From IMG/VR virus record IMGVR_UViG_3300025009_001990, positions 4,211 through 68,210 of that record: 64,000 bases of DNA; one strand, 5' to 3'. Shown here piece after piece: positions 46,851-55,762 of the stretch. This stretch comes from a virus. Under the pieces are notes generated by a model. It was not told where the DNA came from. It ran no database searches and was given only the letters and a program-made list of their open reading frames with translations. Positions within the stretch are counted from its first letter, which is position 1. Each line of letters begins with the position of its first letter. The translations under genes and the position numbers were made by a program.

Positions 46851-47219
46851 ATGAAAAAGTATATTTTTGGTTTCATATTTTTGTTGCTTGTTTTTGTTTT
46901 TACGAACTTTGCTTCAGCTTCGTTGAAAACAATTCAAGTTCATTTTAGTTATCCAACACCGGCACAAGCATTCAATTTGTATATGGATGGAAAACAAATC
47001 TGCAATACAAATACACCGGATGTAATGAATTGTACGGATGTAGAAATCCCTTATGGAGTTCACCTGTTCACAATGACGGCTGTGGTTGATAACGTCGAAA
47101 CAAATCATAGCCCGGCTTATGTATGGGTGTTTTCTCCTGAACAAGGAAAACCGCCGGTTGTTATCACATTCACTGTAACAGTTGATGGCGAGAATGTCGA
47201 ACTTGGTCCGGCGAACTGA
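46851..47219 (+). CDS. Secreted Ig/Fn3-like protein
   Basis: Signal peptide ending ASA; FNLY..FTMTAV..ET..S pattern. Confidence 0.6.
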   Translation: MKKYIFGFIFLLLVFVFTNFASASLKTIQVHFSYPTPAQAFNLYMDGKQICNTNTPDVMNCTDVEIPYGVHLFTMTAVVDNVETNHSPAYVWVFSPEQGKPPVVITFTVTVDGENVELGPAN

Positions 47220-47325
47220 AGTGAAAAGGAAAATTATCATTTCAGTTACAGTAAAACTCTCTACTCTATACAAATGGGGGAGAGTTTTACTGAAACGTTT
47301 ACGTTTAATTTGATGGAGGTTTACC

Positions 47326-47841
47326 ATGGCAAATGGATCAAGAACGAAAACGTTACGACATATTGAAACAGTTAGAAATTTTATAGGGGGGATGATTCAA
47401 GAGTTAATCACCCGTCAACAACATCATGATCAATCAAAATTAGAATCTCCTGAAGTGGACATATTTGAAAAATACACTCCGTTATTGCGAAAATGTACAT
47501 ATGGATCTGATGAGTACAAAAAACATTTATTATTAATGCAAACTGCTTTAGATCATCACTATCGAACAAATAGACATCATCCTGAATTCCATCTTTTTGG
47601 TTTAGAAAACGCTGATCCTGTTTTTGATTCACCTTTAGAACGAATGAATTTAATAGATTTAAATGAATTATGTTGTGATTGGTATGCAGCATCACTTCGT
47701 CATGACGATGGTGATTATCATAGAAGTATTGAGATAAATCAAAAAAGATTTGGTTTTACTGATGAGACAAAGCGGATACTTCTAAATACAATGGAGTTTC
47801 TGGAATCAAAAAACATATATCATAAAGCGGAGGAAAGTTAA
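47326..47841 (+). CDS. DUF5662-like HD-type protein
   Basis: HI..V, HDQSK, HHY..NRHHPE and CDW motifs. Confidence 0.75.
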   Translation: MANGSRTKTLRHIETVRNFIGGMIQELITRQQHHDQSKLESPEVDIFEKYTPLLRKCTYGSDEYKKHLLLMQTALDHHYRTNRHHPEFHLFGLENADPVFDSPLERMNLIDLNELCCDWYAASLRHDDGDYHRSIEINQKRFGFTDETKRILLNTMEFLESKNIYHKAEES

Positions 47842-48131
47842 TGATGGGAAAAATGTTAGTGTCTTTTGGGTTGAAATATCTTGCATCTAAAATGAATGGA
47901 TATAAATCCTATTCAGGAGCTACCAGTAAAATAATTGGAGGAGTTGTTTCGATTTTGACTGGTATTGTTGGTGCGATTGGATATATGTATCCAGATTTAG
48001 GATTGCCGGAGATGGAAATAGAAGCAATAATCGGTTTGTTTGGCGCTGGATGGTATGCAATCAGTTCTGGATTTGAGGGGATAGGGATTGCTCACAAACT
48101 TGTGAAAGCAGAGGAGAACAAAAAACAATGA
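47841..48131 (+). CDS. Holin-like membrane protein
   Basis: Two hydrophobic helices, NGYKSY motif, basic C-terminus. Confidence 0.5.
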   Translation: MMGKMLVSFGLKYLASKMNGYKSYSGATSKIIGGVVSILTGIVGAIGYMYPDLGLPEMEIEAIIGLFGAGWYAISSGFEGIGIAHKLVKAEENKKQ

Positions 48132-48481
48132 CTGCTAAGAAAATGGAATGTGAAGAGTGTGATGAACATAAAGTTCTAATTGAGAGGATAAAGATTTTGG
48201 AAAAGCTACCCACATTGTTTTCTTGGATGAATGTTACGAAGGGAATTAGTTTTTTGCTTGTTATTACAATTACTATTTTGTTTGGAATCGTAATGACAAC
48301 TAGATCGGAACTGTTTGAGAGAAACAAAGATCAAGAAGTAAAATTGGAAAAGCAAGTGGAGGTAATAAAAAGCACAGTGAATAAGATTGAAACAAACGTG
48401 GCTGTAATGGTACGAACTTATGAAATGAGCCAACAAACAACTCAAAAAGAACTGGAAGAGATCAGAAGAAAAATACAATGA
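48128..48481 (+). CDS. Membrane protein with coiled coil (holin/spanin-like)
   Basis: Central transmembrane segment followed by a coiled coil. Confidence 0.5.
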   Translation: MTAKKMECEECDEHKVLIERIKILEKLPTLFSWMNVTKGISFLLVITITILFGIVMTTRSELFERNKDQEVKLEKQVEVIKSTVNKIETNVAVMVRTYEMSQQTTQKELEEIRRKIQ

Positions 48482-48660
48482 AAATAATATTGCGGCAGTG
48501 CTGTGTTTGTAAACGATATGTAAATAGTGAAGGGCAGCATCAGGTATTTCTCCCGACCTGCCCTTACATCCCTATTTCACACGGATATTGTGATGAGTGT
48601 TTAAAGATTCAAATGGAGGAGATTACCAAAAACCAGAATCGTCAGAAGAATCAATTGTAG
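48478..48660 (+). CDS. Small zinc-binding protein, last plus-strand gene
   Basis: CCVC..SHGYCDEC. Confidence 0.55.
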   Translation: MKIILRQCCVCKRYVNSEGQHQVFLPTCPYIPISHGYCDECLKIQMEEITKNQNRQKNQL

Positions 48661-48814
48661 CATTAATACATTCAGGTAGTTTTCTAACACGAGATTTCAA
48701 CGGTAGTTCAAAAGCAAAGCAATAATTTCCGTCAACATAATCGTCATTTTCTTTAAATCTGCAATCTTTGCAGTATTCTCCATCAGGAATTCTCTCTACT
48801 TTAATACAAATCAC
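48623..48814 (-). CDS. Small Cys-rich hypothetical protein
   Basis: GGAGG RBS; CxxC. Confidence 0.5.
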   Translation of the reverse strand: MICIKVERIPDGEYCKDCRFKENDDYVDGNYCFAFELPLKSRVRKLPECINATIDSSDDSGFW

Positions 48815-49046
48815 TTCTTCCTCCTAATTTCGATTTTTTAAGAAGTTTAATATAGACTACATCTAATAGCCTAATCGTCTCAGGTACAGCATTTTCGATG
48901 GCTAGTTTTCGACATTTGTTGCAGAGATCCCTCCCTTTATAAATTTCGGTATAGATTGACTTTCGTTCTCCACATTCCTCGCAATAGTCAAATTCTTGTG
49001 CCATGACTTTTTCCTCAACTGAATTCACCGGACTGCATCTTGTCAT
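48801..49046 (-). CDS. Small zinc-finger-like protein (likely start MAQEF)
   Basis: CEEC..CNKC. Confidence 0.55.
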   Translation of the reverse strand: MTRCSPVNSVEEKVMAQEFDYCEECGERKSIYTEIYKGRDLCNKCRKLAIENAVPETIRLLDVVYIKLLKKSKLGGRSDLY

Positions 49047-49245
49047 CCATGTCTAATCCAGGATGAATCCGATCAACACATCGATAGCAAAGCATTGGAT
49101 GTGGAGTTCCTACTGATAATAGTGTTCCACAGTCCGGACAATGATAGTTGGTAAGTGGGTGACCCTTTAATTTCTCCGGGTGTTCTGGACATTCAGCAGG
49201 TTTTAGCATAAAAACACTATCTTTACAACGCGGGCAGGTTTCCAT
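49015..49245 (-). CDS. Small Cys-rich protein
   Basis: CPRC, HCPDCG and CYRC. Confidence 0.55.
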   Translation of the reverse strand: METCPRCKDSVFMLKPAECPEHPEKLKGHPLTNYHCPDCGTLLSVGTPHPMLCYRCVDRIHPGLDMDDKMQSGEFS

Positions 49246-49246
49246 C

Positions 49247-49657
49247 TTATTTAAACCTCATTTGTTTGTCATCACGATAGAAAGAATGATTTCCTATTTT
49301 ACACACAAATATCATTGATTTTTCCCATGAAGGAATGATAATATTTGGGTTGAAATAATGATCTGCCCCTTGAAGACAATGACCAAGAGAACGTTCTTGG
49401 ATGCAATTTGCTGCCGAGATAATACATTTCCTGAAGGATTCAGTATCGAGAATTTTTGACTGTTCAGGAAAAGAAGTACCAATTGTCCAGGAGAATTGGG
49501 AAGGGGCGAGAATGATTTCTTTTACAGTTTTGTTTCTGGTTATTACTCGATTCAGAACAACATGACAAACAGCAATTTGTCCTTCTGTCGATTCTCCTCT
49601 TGCTTCATGATAAGCGTTGAGTCATAACCAATATAAATCTTCTGCATATCTTTCCAT
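49247..49657 (-). pseudogene. SleB/Hydrolase_2 cell-wall hydrolase with an in-frame TGA at codon 12
   Basis: Translated by hand: MERYAEDLYWL*LNAYHEARGE..GQIAVCHVVLNR..QFSW..GADHYFNP..P.W..IGNHSFY; AAGGAG RBS; TGA at 49622-49624. Confidence 0.8.
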
Positions 49658-49971
49658 CAAAGTTCTCCTTTAATTAAATCAGGACATTCATAACAACGAA
49701 ATGGAAAATTTTCTTTTACAACACAATTTTCCGGTCCTTTACAAGCGTATTCTATATCGGGTTTTGTTTCAAACCAATTTGCTTTCCATCCACAATAACA
49801 ATCGAATAAACGCATTTCTTTACAGTCAGCAGCTGTTGTGATTTTCCTTCCTGTAACAGGATCAAAAACCTTTCCTTTCAACTCTTTCCAAGGAACATTA
49901 CAATTTCCCCAATCATTTCGGTTTTTGCAATCCTTACAAAATAGCGGTTTTACTATTATTAGGCACACCAT
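49657..49971 (-). CDS. Cys-rich hypothetical protein
   Basis: CKDCKN, DPVTG and CGWKANWFE segments. Confidence 0.6.
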   Translation of the reverse strand: MVCLIIVKPLFCKDCKNRNDWGNCNVPWKELKGKVFDPVTGRKITTAADCKEMRLFDCYCGWKANWFETKPDIEYACKGPENCVVKENFPFRCYECPDLIKGEL

Positions 49972-49973
49972 AA

Positions 49974-50198
49974 TTAATTACCATACCAAGTTGTACAAAT
50001 ATGGTTTCGGATTATTCCGCTTGCTAATTGTTTCTTTCTTCTTTCGCATTCCCTTCTTCCTTGATGTGGATGGGAATTACTTCTTTTGTATAATTTGCTG
50101 AAATTAAAATGTTTCTTTCTCGGTTCAAATAAATGGGAAATAAATTGAGCAAACGATTTTACTTCTTTTGAATAACTAAATTGGAAAGTTTTGTTCAT
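49974..50198 (-). CDS. Hypothetical protein
   Basis: AAGGAG RBS; PHQGRRECERR segment. Confidence 0.6.
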   Translation of the reverse strand: MNKTFQFSYSKEVKSFAQFISHLFEPRKKHFNFSKLYKRSNSHPHQGRRECERRKKQLASGIIRNHICTTWYGN

Positions 50199-50225
50199 TT
50201 TGTTCTCCTTAAAAAGTTTCAGTTG

Positions 50226-50957
50226 TTATTTTCCGTGTTGAGATAAATATCGAATCTTATCCATTGTAACCATTTTATTGATATTAATTTTATCAACATT
50301 GAGCTGATTTACAAGATCAAAATACTGTTCATAGATGTGCAAACCATCGCTGTAAGCAAAGGTTGAACCATCTTCAACGGGAAAATACCCATAAATAGAA
50401 TCAAAAACAAATTCCTTTAATAGTTGAAGCCCACCAAGATTTTCAGGAAGCCCTGCATATAAATCCCAGGATCGGAAATATAAAGTCATATTTAATTTTC
50501 CATTTACTACTTTAAAAGAAATTGAACGAAGACAAGGTGGATCAGGTAAAAAAGTTGTGTCAGAATTTCCAATACAAATGGTCGCCTGATTTGTATTTCC
50601 TCCTGGTTCAATTAACAAATCAATAATTCTATCAATTTGCTTCGTGATAAATTCTCCATAGGTATATTCCTCGTTTTCAGCCTTTTCTGATCCCATAAGT
50701 TGATTGACAAAATAGGTAGCTATCTTATCGTCATCAGTAGGAGCAGGAATGCCTGCTGGAAGGATAGGGGCAAGTGGACGAGTTTCCGGATTGGTTATTG
50801 TGATGAAAACAGAATCAAGTTGTTTTCTGATCTGTCCTTCATAACTTCCTTTTTCAACAACAAAATCATATCCGTTTTTAATACACAACCACATTGCGTC
50901 CCGCCACACTTCATTGATGTCATATCCACGAACACAATTGAATTCAAAGTTTATCAT
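50226..50957 (-). CDS. thyA: Thymidylate synthase (ThyA family, divergent)
   Basis: YTYG, PPCL, FRSWD..GLPEN and HIYE motifs. Confidence 0.8.
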   Translation of the reverse strand: MINFEFNCVRGYDINEVWRDAMWLCIKNGYDFVVEKGSYEGQIRKQLDSVFITITNPETRPLAPILPAGIPAPTDDDKIATYFVNQLMGSEKAENEEYTYGEFITKQIDRIIDLLIEPGGNTNQATICIGNSDTTFLPDPPCLRSISFKVVNGKLNMTLYFRSWDLYAGLPENLGGLQLLKEFVFDSIYGYFPVEDGSTFAYSDGLHIYEQYFDLVNQLNVDKININKMVTMDKIRYLSQHGK

Positions 50958-50958
50958 T

Positions 50959-51318
50959 TTATTCCTCTTTAAATAGATTTTCAAGAAATCGACGTAATGA
51001 ACGATTTGCAACAATTTCCCTTACTTCTTCTGAATAATTAATACCAATTTCATCATTTCCTTCAATATCTTTATGGCATTTATCTAATGCTTCTTTTATT
51101 CTTCTAATTTTATCAGCATTAGAACTTGAATTACTTATATCATTAAGATGTCTTGAAGCTATTTTTAAAGATTCTAACCTGCTTTTATTTTCAATATCTT
51201 TTATTTCTTGAGTTTTGTGAATATAATCATCACATGATTTATGACGATGAATACTGCATGCTCCTTCATATTCAACATCATGATTCCAGCATTTTTCATT
51301 ATCACAATCTGGTTTCAT
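50959..51318 (-). CDS. Hypothetical protein
   Basis: Operon packing; RBS. Confidence 0.55.
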   Translation of the reverse strand: MKPDCDNEKCWNHDVEYEGACSIHRHKSCDDYIHKTQEIKDIENKSRLESLKIASRHLNDISNSSSNADKIRRIKEALDKCHKDIEGNDEIGINYSEEVREIVANRSLRRFLENLFKEE

Positions 51319-51324
51319 ACTTCC

Positions 51325-51543
51325 TCACTTTAAATGCAAAACTGAATCAAGAACAATATATTTGGCTGCAAGTTTTGCATTACTTTTTGATTGAGCAACG
51401 ATATTATCTTTAAAATATCGTTGAAAACGAGAATCAGGGTCTTCAGGGATTTTCATTGACAATACTTTTGCTATTTGAACAATAATGGACGCCATAGTTT
51501 CAGCGTCCATTATTTCAACGAGTTGCTTTACTTGTTTTCTCAT
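51325..51543 (-). CDS. Hypothetical protein
   Basis: Operon packing. Confidence 0.55.
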   Translation of the reverse strand: MRKQVKQLVEIMDAETMASIIVQIAKVLSMKIPEDPDSRFQRYFKDNIVAQSKSNAKLAAKYIVLDSVLHLK

Positions 51544-51673
51544 AGGGCTTTCATGAGTTGGGAATTCTCAACCATTTCCTGAAATTGATTTTGAAGGTAC
51601 TTGCCTCCTGCAACAAAACAGCCAAAAGCAAGCATCATTATAACCAAAGTAATCATTATTGTTTTCATAAATG

Positions 51674-51883
51674 TTACTCCTTATAGTTTTTGAGCTTCCA
51701 TCCTTCACAAATCCCAATTACTGTATTTGGCAAGAACTTTTCAGGATAATCTCCGGCAGCAGGAACAGTTGGTTTGAGAGTTACAGACAGGTTCGATGGT
51801 TCTGAACACCGTACATAGTTGCTGTCCAAAATTAAATGATGTTTACAATATAGACATTTCCCCTCCCGTTTGAATTCTTCCAT
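51674..51883 (-). CDS. Hypothetical Cys-containing protein
   Basis: AAGGAG RBS; upstream ctTATAAT promoter-like sequence near 51940. Confidence 0.6.
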   Translation of the reverse strand: MEEFKREGKCLYCKHHLILDSNYVRCSEPSNLSVTLKPTVPAAGDYPEKFLPNTVIGICEGWKLKNYKE

Positions 51884-51960
51884 GATGTTTCTCCTTTTTG
51901 AGAATTTTGGAAGTGAATTGAAGGTTCTCTCTTTATATTATAAGCCTTTTTACTGAAAAG

Positions 51961-52380
51961 TTAAGATTTTATTTCTTGTCTAAGTTGTTTTTCATCAAGC
52001 GGGCCAATCAACCGGAGATGCCAACCGTCAACAATCCCAGATTCGTAGTCAATTGAATCTGTTATACAATCGATGGAATATAGTTTTCCATGTTGGGCTG
52101 TTTCGATGTTTTCAATAGGAAAGTCATTTCCAACTTCAAAAAAACTTTCATATTCCCAATTACATTGAGCACAGCTAGGACAAGATAATTTTTTCAATCG
52201 CTGCAATCTTGTCTTGAAGCCAAATCCTCTTTTGGTTTTGAAGTGCTGAACTTCCGCCCGGAAAATCGATCCTTGACAATTACTTATTTTAGGAGATTGA
52301 TCAAATTCAACAAGATTATCTAATAATGATTGTGTTGATGGTAATGGTTTTATTTCTATTTTATTATACGACATTGACAT
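51961..52380 (-). CDS. Hypothetical protein
   Basis: LKKLSCPSC and DYESGIVD segments; RBS. Confidence 0.6.
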   Translation of the reverse strand: MSMSYNKIEIKPLPSTQSLLDNLVEFDQSPKISNCQGSIFRAEVQHFKTKRGFGFKTRLQRLKKLSCPSCAQCNWEYESFFEVGNDFPIENIETAQHGKLYSIDCITDSIDYESGIVDGWHLRLIGPLDEKQLRQEIKS

Positions 52381-52475
52381 TTCATATTCTCCTTTTTAAT
52401 ATTGAGGCATACCAGTAAAATACCAATATGCAAACCAAGACAAAGAAGTTGTCCACAAGATTATATAAACGTACT

Positions 52476-52772
52476 TCATTGTTTTTTCAATCGATGATTT
52501 TTTGGAAGAATAGAAATAAGAAATTCAATTTCTTCTTCTACAGCATCCCAATATTTGGATGAATTATAATATTTAGAACCTACACATTTCCAAAACGGTG
52601 TCCCTTTGCATCCTTGTTTTGTTTTATCATCTATCGGACATCTTTCACAATTCTCTCCGGAATTAACGCATAGATGACAAGTTGGCAATTTAGAATAATC
52701 ACATCCAGCAGCAATCAAATTCCATCGCTTTTCAATACAATCTTCTAACGCTTTTAACATTTTAGCATTCAT
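52476..52772 (-). CDS. Cys-rich hypothetical protein
   Basis: CHLC..CERCPI..C. Confidence 0.6.
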   Translation of the reverse strand: MNAKMLKALEDCIEKRWNLIAAGCDYSKLPTCHLCVNSGENCERCPIDDKTKQGCKGTPFWKCVGSKYYNSSKYWDAVEEEIEFLISILPKNHRLKKQ

Positions 52773-53128
52773 TGTTGATTCATCTCCCGTAAAGAAATTA
52801 ATTCGTTATACCAGTTATCTAACAATTTGAATAATTCAGGATGAGTTGAAAGAATTCTTCTTCTTTTTCTCAATGTTTCCCAAAGAAGTTCTTGAACTTC
52901 TTTCCACGTTGCAGGTATTCTTTTCAAAGTTTCTGTCATTTTATTTTTCTTTTCCATTTCGGTGTATTCTTCTGCTGCTGTATTCCACCCGTCAATCCAA
53001 ATTTCTCTTTTTTTCAGATTGTTCTTTATCCAAAGAGGCATACAAGATTCAATTCTTCTTCCTGGAAAGAAGTGATAATGACCGTTGTTGAAAATTTCTT
53101 TTTGATTAGAAACTGGTGTTATTTTCAT
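52769..53128 (-). CDS. Hypothetical protein
   Basis: GAGG RBS; ATGA overlap. Confidence 0.55.
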   Translation of the reverse strand: MKITPVSNQKEIFNNGHYHFFPGRRIESCMPLWIKNNLKKREIWIDGWNTAAEEYTEMEKKNKMTETLKRIPATWKEVQELLWETLRKRRRILSTHPELFKLLDNWYNELISLREMNQQ

Positions 53129-53130
53129 CT

Positions 53131-53337
53131 TTAATCCTCTTTTAAAATAAGATTATATTTTATTGGATTTTCTTGCATTACAAAAGGTTCTGGAAATTTT
53201 GTTATAGTAATTTTGACTAATTCTCCAACTTTCATATTGATGTTAATTTCTACAATATTTTCTGGAAGATTAGGGATTATTTTTTTAATTACATTTTTAA
53301 AAAATTCATCAGATTTAATAAACTGTATATTTGTCAT
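53131..53337 (-). CDS. Hypothetical protein
   Basis: ATGA overlap; RBS. Confidence 0.55.
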   Translation of the reverse strand: MTNIQFIKSDEFFKNVIKKIIPNLPENIVEININMKVGELVKITITKFPEPFVMQENPIKYNLILKED

Positions 53338-53984
53338 TTCAATCTCCTTACTTTTGTTTTTCTTCCGATCATTGAAAACTCATAAACAGAATCACCTACT
53401 TCAAGCAATTCTTCCCTGCTTGCTCTTTCATCGGCAATCATTATGATTTGTAAACCAGGCCAATTTTGTTTTGGTTTTGGTTTACAAATTTCTGAAAGAA
53501 TAGCAAGAGCACGCCTATTTGCTTCCGCCCCTTTCAAATGTTTGAATGGTTCATCAAGCCAAATACTGGCTCTGGATTTGGGGATTTTCATCGACCAAAG
53601 AGCAGGGCGTAAAGCCATTCCGGCAATGTCTACAGGACCAAGGCCAGTACTTGCTTTTGGATCTATCCTTTCATTATCCCGGATAAACCAAAAATCTACC
53701 TCAGTTGTATTTCTTCTGATTTCAATCTGAACATCAAATTGATATGGATCGTCAAAAACAGTGGAAAGAGCGAGTTGAGGAAGTTCTGAGAGTTGATATT
53801 TCAATTCGTTTTGAGTCTGCTGAGAACAGATTTGAATTAAAGCATGGGCTTTTTCACCATCTTTGTGTTCTCCCCGCAATTTTCGAAATTCAGTCTTGGC
53901 GGAGGACAGTTGTTTTTTCAATTCGTTCTGAGCACCAACAAGGTTGTTGTATTTAGCTCGGAAGTCTTCAGTTTTCGAATTCAT
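53334..53984 (-). CDS. Rad50/SbcC-like ATPase, C-terminal half
   Basis: Coiled coil, degenerate signature STGLG, Walker B/D-loop WLDEPFKHL and GLQIIMI. Confidence 0.75.
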   Translation of the reverse strand: MNSKTEDFRAKYNNLVGAQNELKKQLSSAKTEFRKLRGEHKDGEKAHALIQICSQQTQNELKYQLSELPQLALSTVFDDPYQFDVQIEIRRNTTEVDFWFIRDNERIDPKASTGLGPVDIAGMALRPALWSMKIPKSRASIWLDEPFKHLKGAEANRRALAILSEICKPKPKQNWPGLQIIMIADERASREELLEVGDSVYEFSMIGRKTKVRRLK

Positions 53985-54216
53985 TCAGTTTGTCCTCAAT
54001 TTCTTCAAGAAGAGAATCAAGAGTTTCTTCTAATTGTTCTTTTTCTTTTCCTTTCTTCTTTAAGAAGTCTTCGATTTGATCTGAAGAGGTTATTCCGTAT
54101 GAAGAGAGTTGTTGTTCAAGTTGTCTGATTTCTCCGCTTAAGCTGGATTGTTCAAGTTGAAGTTCATCTAAGCGTTTTGTTATTTTCTGAATTTGTGGTT
54201 GATAGTTTGTTTTCAT
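53968..54216 (-). CDS. Coiled-coil protein next to the Rad50 C-half
   Basis: Heptad-rich, 82 aa. Confidence 0.65.
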   Translation of the reverse strand: MKTNYQPQIQKITKRLDELQLEQSSLSGEIRQLEQQLSSYGITSSDQIEDFLKKKGKEKEQLEETLDSLLEEIEDKLNEFEN

Positions 54217-54343
54217 ATTAATTCTTTTTTGAAATTTATCATAATTCCAAACATTGGAATCGGGAAAATATATAGTTTTTTATTTAAACTATCCCAATAA
54301 ATACCGATCCAGAAATCATACCAAGCAAATATTAGTTTTGTTT

Positions 54344-54553
54344 TCATACAAATCCTTTATCTATTGCAAGCCATTCAGGAATAATAATTCTGATTAATCC
54401 ATTTTGAAGAGTTTCGTATTCGTCTTCTAATTGAGATTTTGGAATCCATTCCTCTGTTGTTCCGTCAGAAACTTTAATTGCCCTTTCTGTTTCTGCTATT
54501 AATTCAACATCAAGTTCAACATAATTTTTGTCGGTAGATTGCAGTATTTTCAT
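54344..54553 (-). CDS. Small conserved-type phage protein
   Basis: ETERAI..WIPKSQ..IPEWLA..KG motif. Confidence 0.7.
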   Translation of the reverse strand: MKILQSTDKNYVELDVELIAETERAIKVSDGTTEEWIPKSQLEDEYETLQNGLIRIIIPEWLAIDKGFV

Positions 54554-54768
54554 TCTGGTAATCCTTTATGTTTTCTTAGTTGTTTGATGTATTCAGTTTC
54601 TTTTTCCGATACAGCTTTTCTCTGATTATCAATATCTCTTTTCAACTTTTCCTCTAAACACTTTTTGTGGATAGGATGATTTTCGAAATATGTTAATTGT
54701 TTTTGATATACTCTATCTTTACACTCCAAACAATATACATAATCCCAACCAACTTTCATTTTACTCAC
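54550..54768 (-). CDS. Hypothetical protein
   Basis: CxxC..HxxC; overlap coupling. Confidence 0.5.
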   Translation of the reverse strand: MSKMKVGWDYVYCLECKDRVYQKQLTYFENHPIHKKCLEEKLKRDIDNQRKAVSEKETEYIKQLRKHKGLPE

Positions 54769-54953
54769 CTTTCAAAGAGAATAGGTTTTCCACAAATAGG
54801 ACAGAATGAAGTCTGATAAACCTTCTTTTTCTCTAATCCCCATACGTTTCCACAACCAGTATAATAATAGTTGTAGTAAAGTCCCATTTGCCTTTTAAAT
54901 CTCCATTTGCAATATCTTTTCGGGAAGAGAAAGTCTTTTATGAATTTGAACAT
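54765..54953 (-). CDS. Small zinc-ribbon protein
   Basis: CG..FCPICGK. Confidence 0.55.
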   Translation of the reverse strand: MFKFIKDFLFPKRYCKWRFKRQMGLYYNYYYTGCGNVWGLEKKKVYQTSFCPICGKPILFER

Positions 54954-55177
54954 GTTTCCTCCTGTGGCGGTTTTGGTTTGAGGTTCAATTTAATTTCTTT
55001 TTCTACTTGTCGATAAATCTTATCCTGTTCTTTTCTTCGTTTCTTTACTGTTTCGATCTGTTTTAAAGCTGCTGGCCAATTCTTTCTACCTAAAAATTCC
55101 CTGAGAAGCTGATCGACAAATTCTAAGTTGTTTTTCTTCAAAAGGTCAACACATTTATTATTTGGCATTTGTTCCAT
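54938..55177 (-). CDS. Hypothetical protein
   Basis: GGAG RBS. Confidence 0.55.
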   Translation of the reverse strand: MEQMPNNKCVDLLKKNNLEFVDQLLREFLGRKNWPAALKQIETVKKRRKEQDKIYRQVEKEIKLNLKPKPPQEETCSNS

Positions 55178-55216
55178 CGTAGTAACTCCATACTTTCTTA
55201 ATTATTATATTATACT

Positions 55217-55762
55217 TTAAAATCTAAATTCAGGCCAAACTAATTTAATGGCTTTAACTAATTCTGATTTATAATTACAACTCCATTTTGGACATTGAAC
55301 TTCTATAGTAAAGCGAACAAGAGCAGCTTCTAATGGATCAGAATAACCTCCTAAATATATAGATTTTTTATCAATATGTATTTGAGCCGCCCAATTTTTA
55401 TTAGCCTTACTCCAACAAACTCCTGGAAAACCTGATTTATTATGTATATTTTTATTTTTATTTTGTTGATTACAAACTCTTGTAACATGACGAAGATTAT
55501 TCCAATGGTTTGAACCAGGTCTTCTATTTTTATGATCGATTTGATATTCGGGAATATATCCTTTCATATATAACCAAGCTAAACGATGAGCATAATATCT
55601 TTTATTATTTATTTGTATTGTCCTATAACCATTTTTATCAAAACCGCCAGCAATATCCCCTATTTTAATCTTGCTTTTTTGTTTATTTTTTATTTTCCAT
55701 GTAAAAAGCCCTGACTTTGGATTATAATGAAGTATTTGTTTTAATTCTGTTTGTGTTATCAT
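55217..55762 (-). CDS. HNH-AP2 homing endonuclease
   Basis: AHRLAW, IDHKN..N..NNLR and SGFPGVCW..YLG motifs. Confidence 0.9.
   Translation of the reverse strand: MITQTELKQILHYNPKSGLFTWKIKNKQKSKIKIGDIAGGFDKNGYRTIQINNKRYYAHRLAWLYMKGYIPEYQIDHKNRRPGSNHWNNLRHVTRVCNQQNKNKNIHNKSGFPGVCWSKANKNWAAQIHIDKKSIYLGGYSDPLEAALVRFTIEVQCPKWSCNYKSELVKAIKLVWPEFRF

Noticed and set aside
50226-50957. dCMP hydroxymethylase (modified cytosine)
   Set aside because: The specificity residue is Asn (GLPEN), indicating a dUMP substrate; a dUMP hydroxymethylase cannot be strictly excluded.
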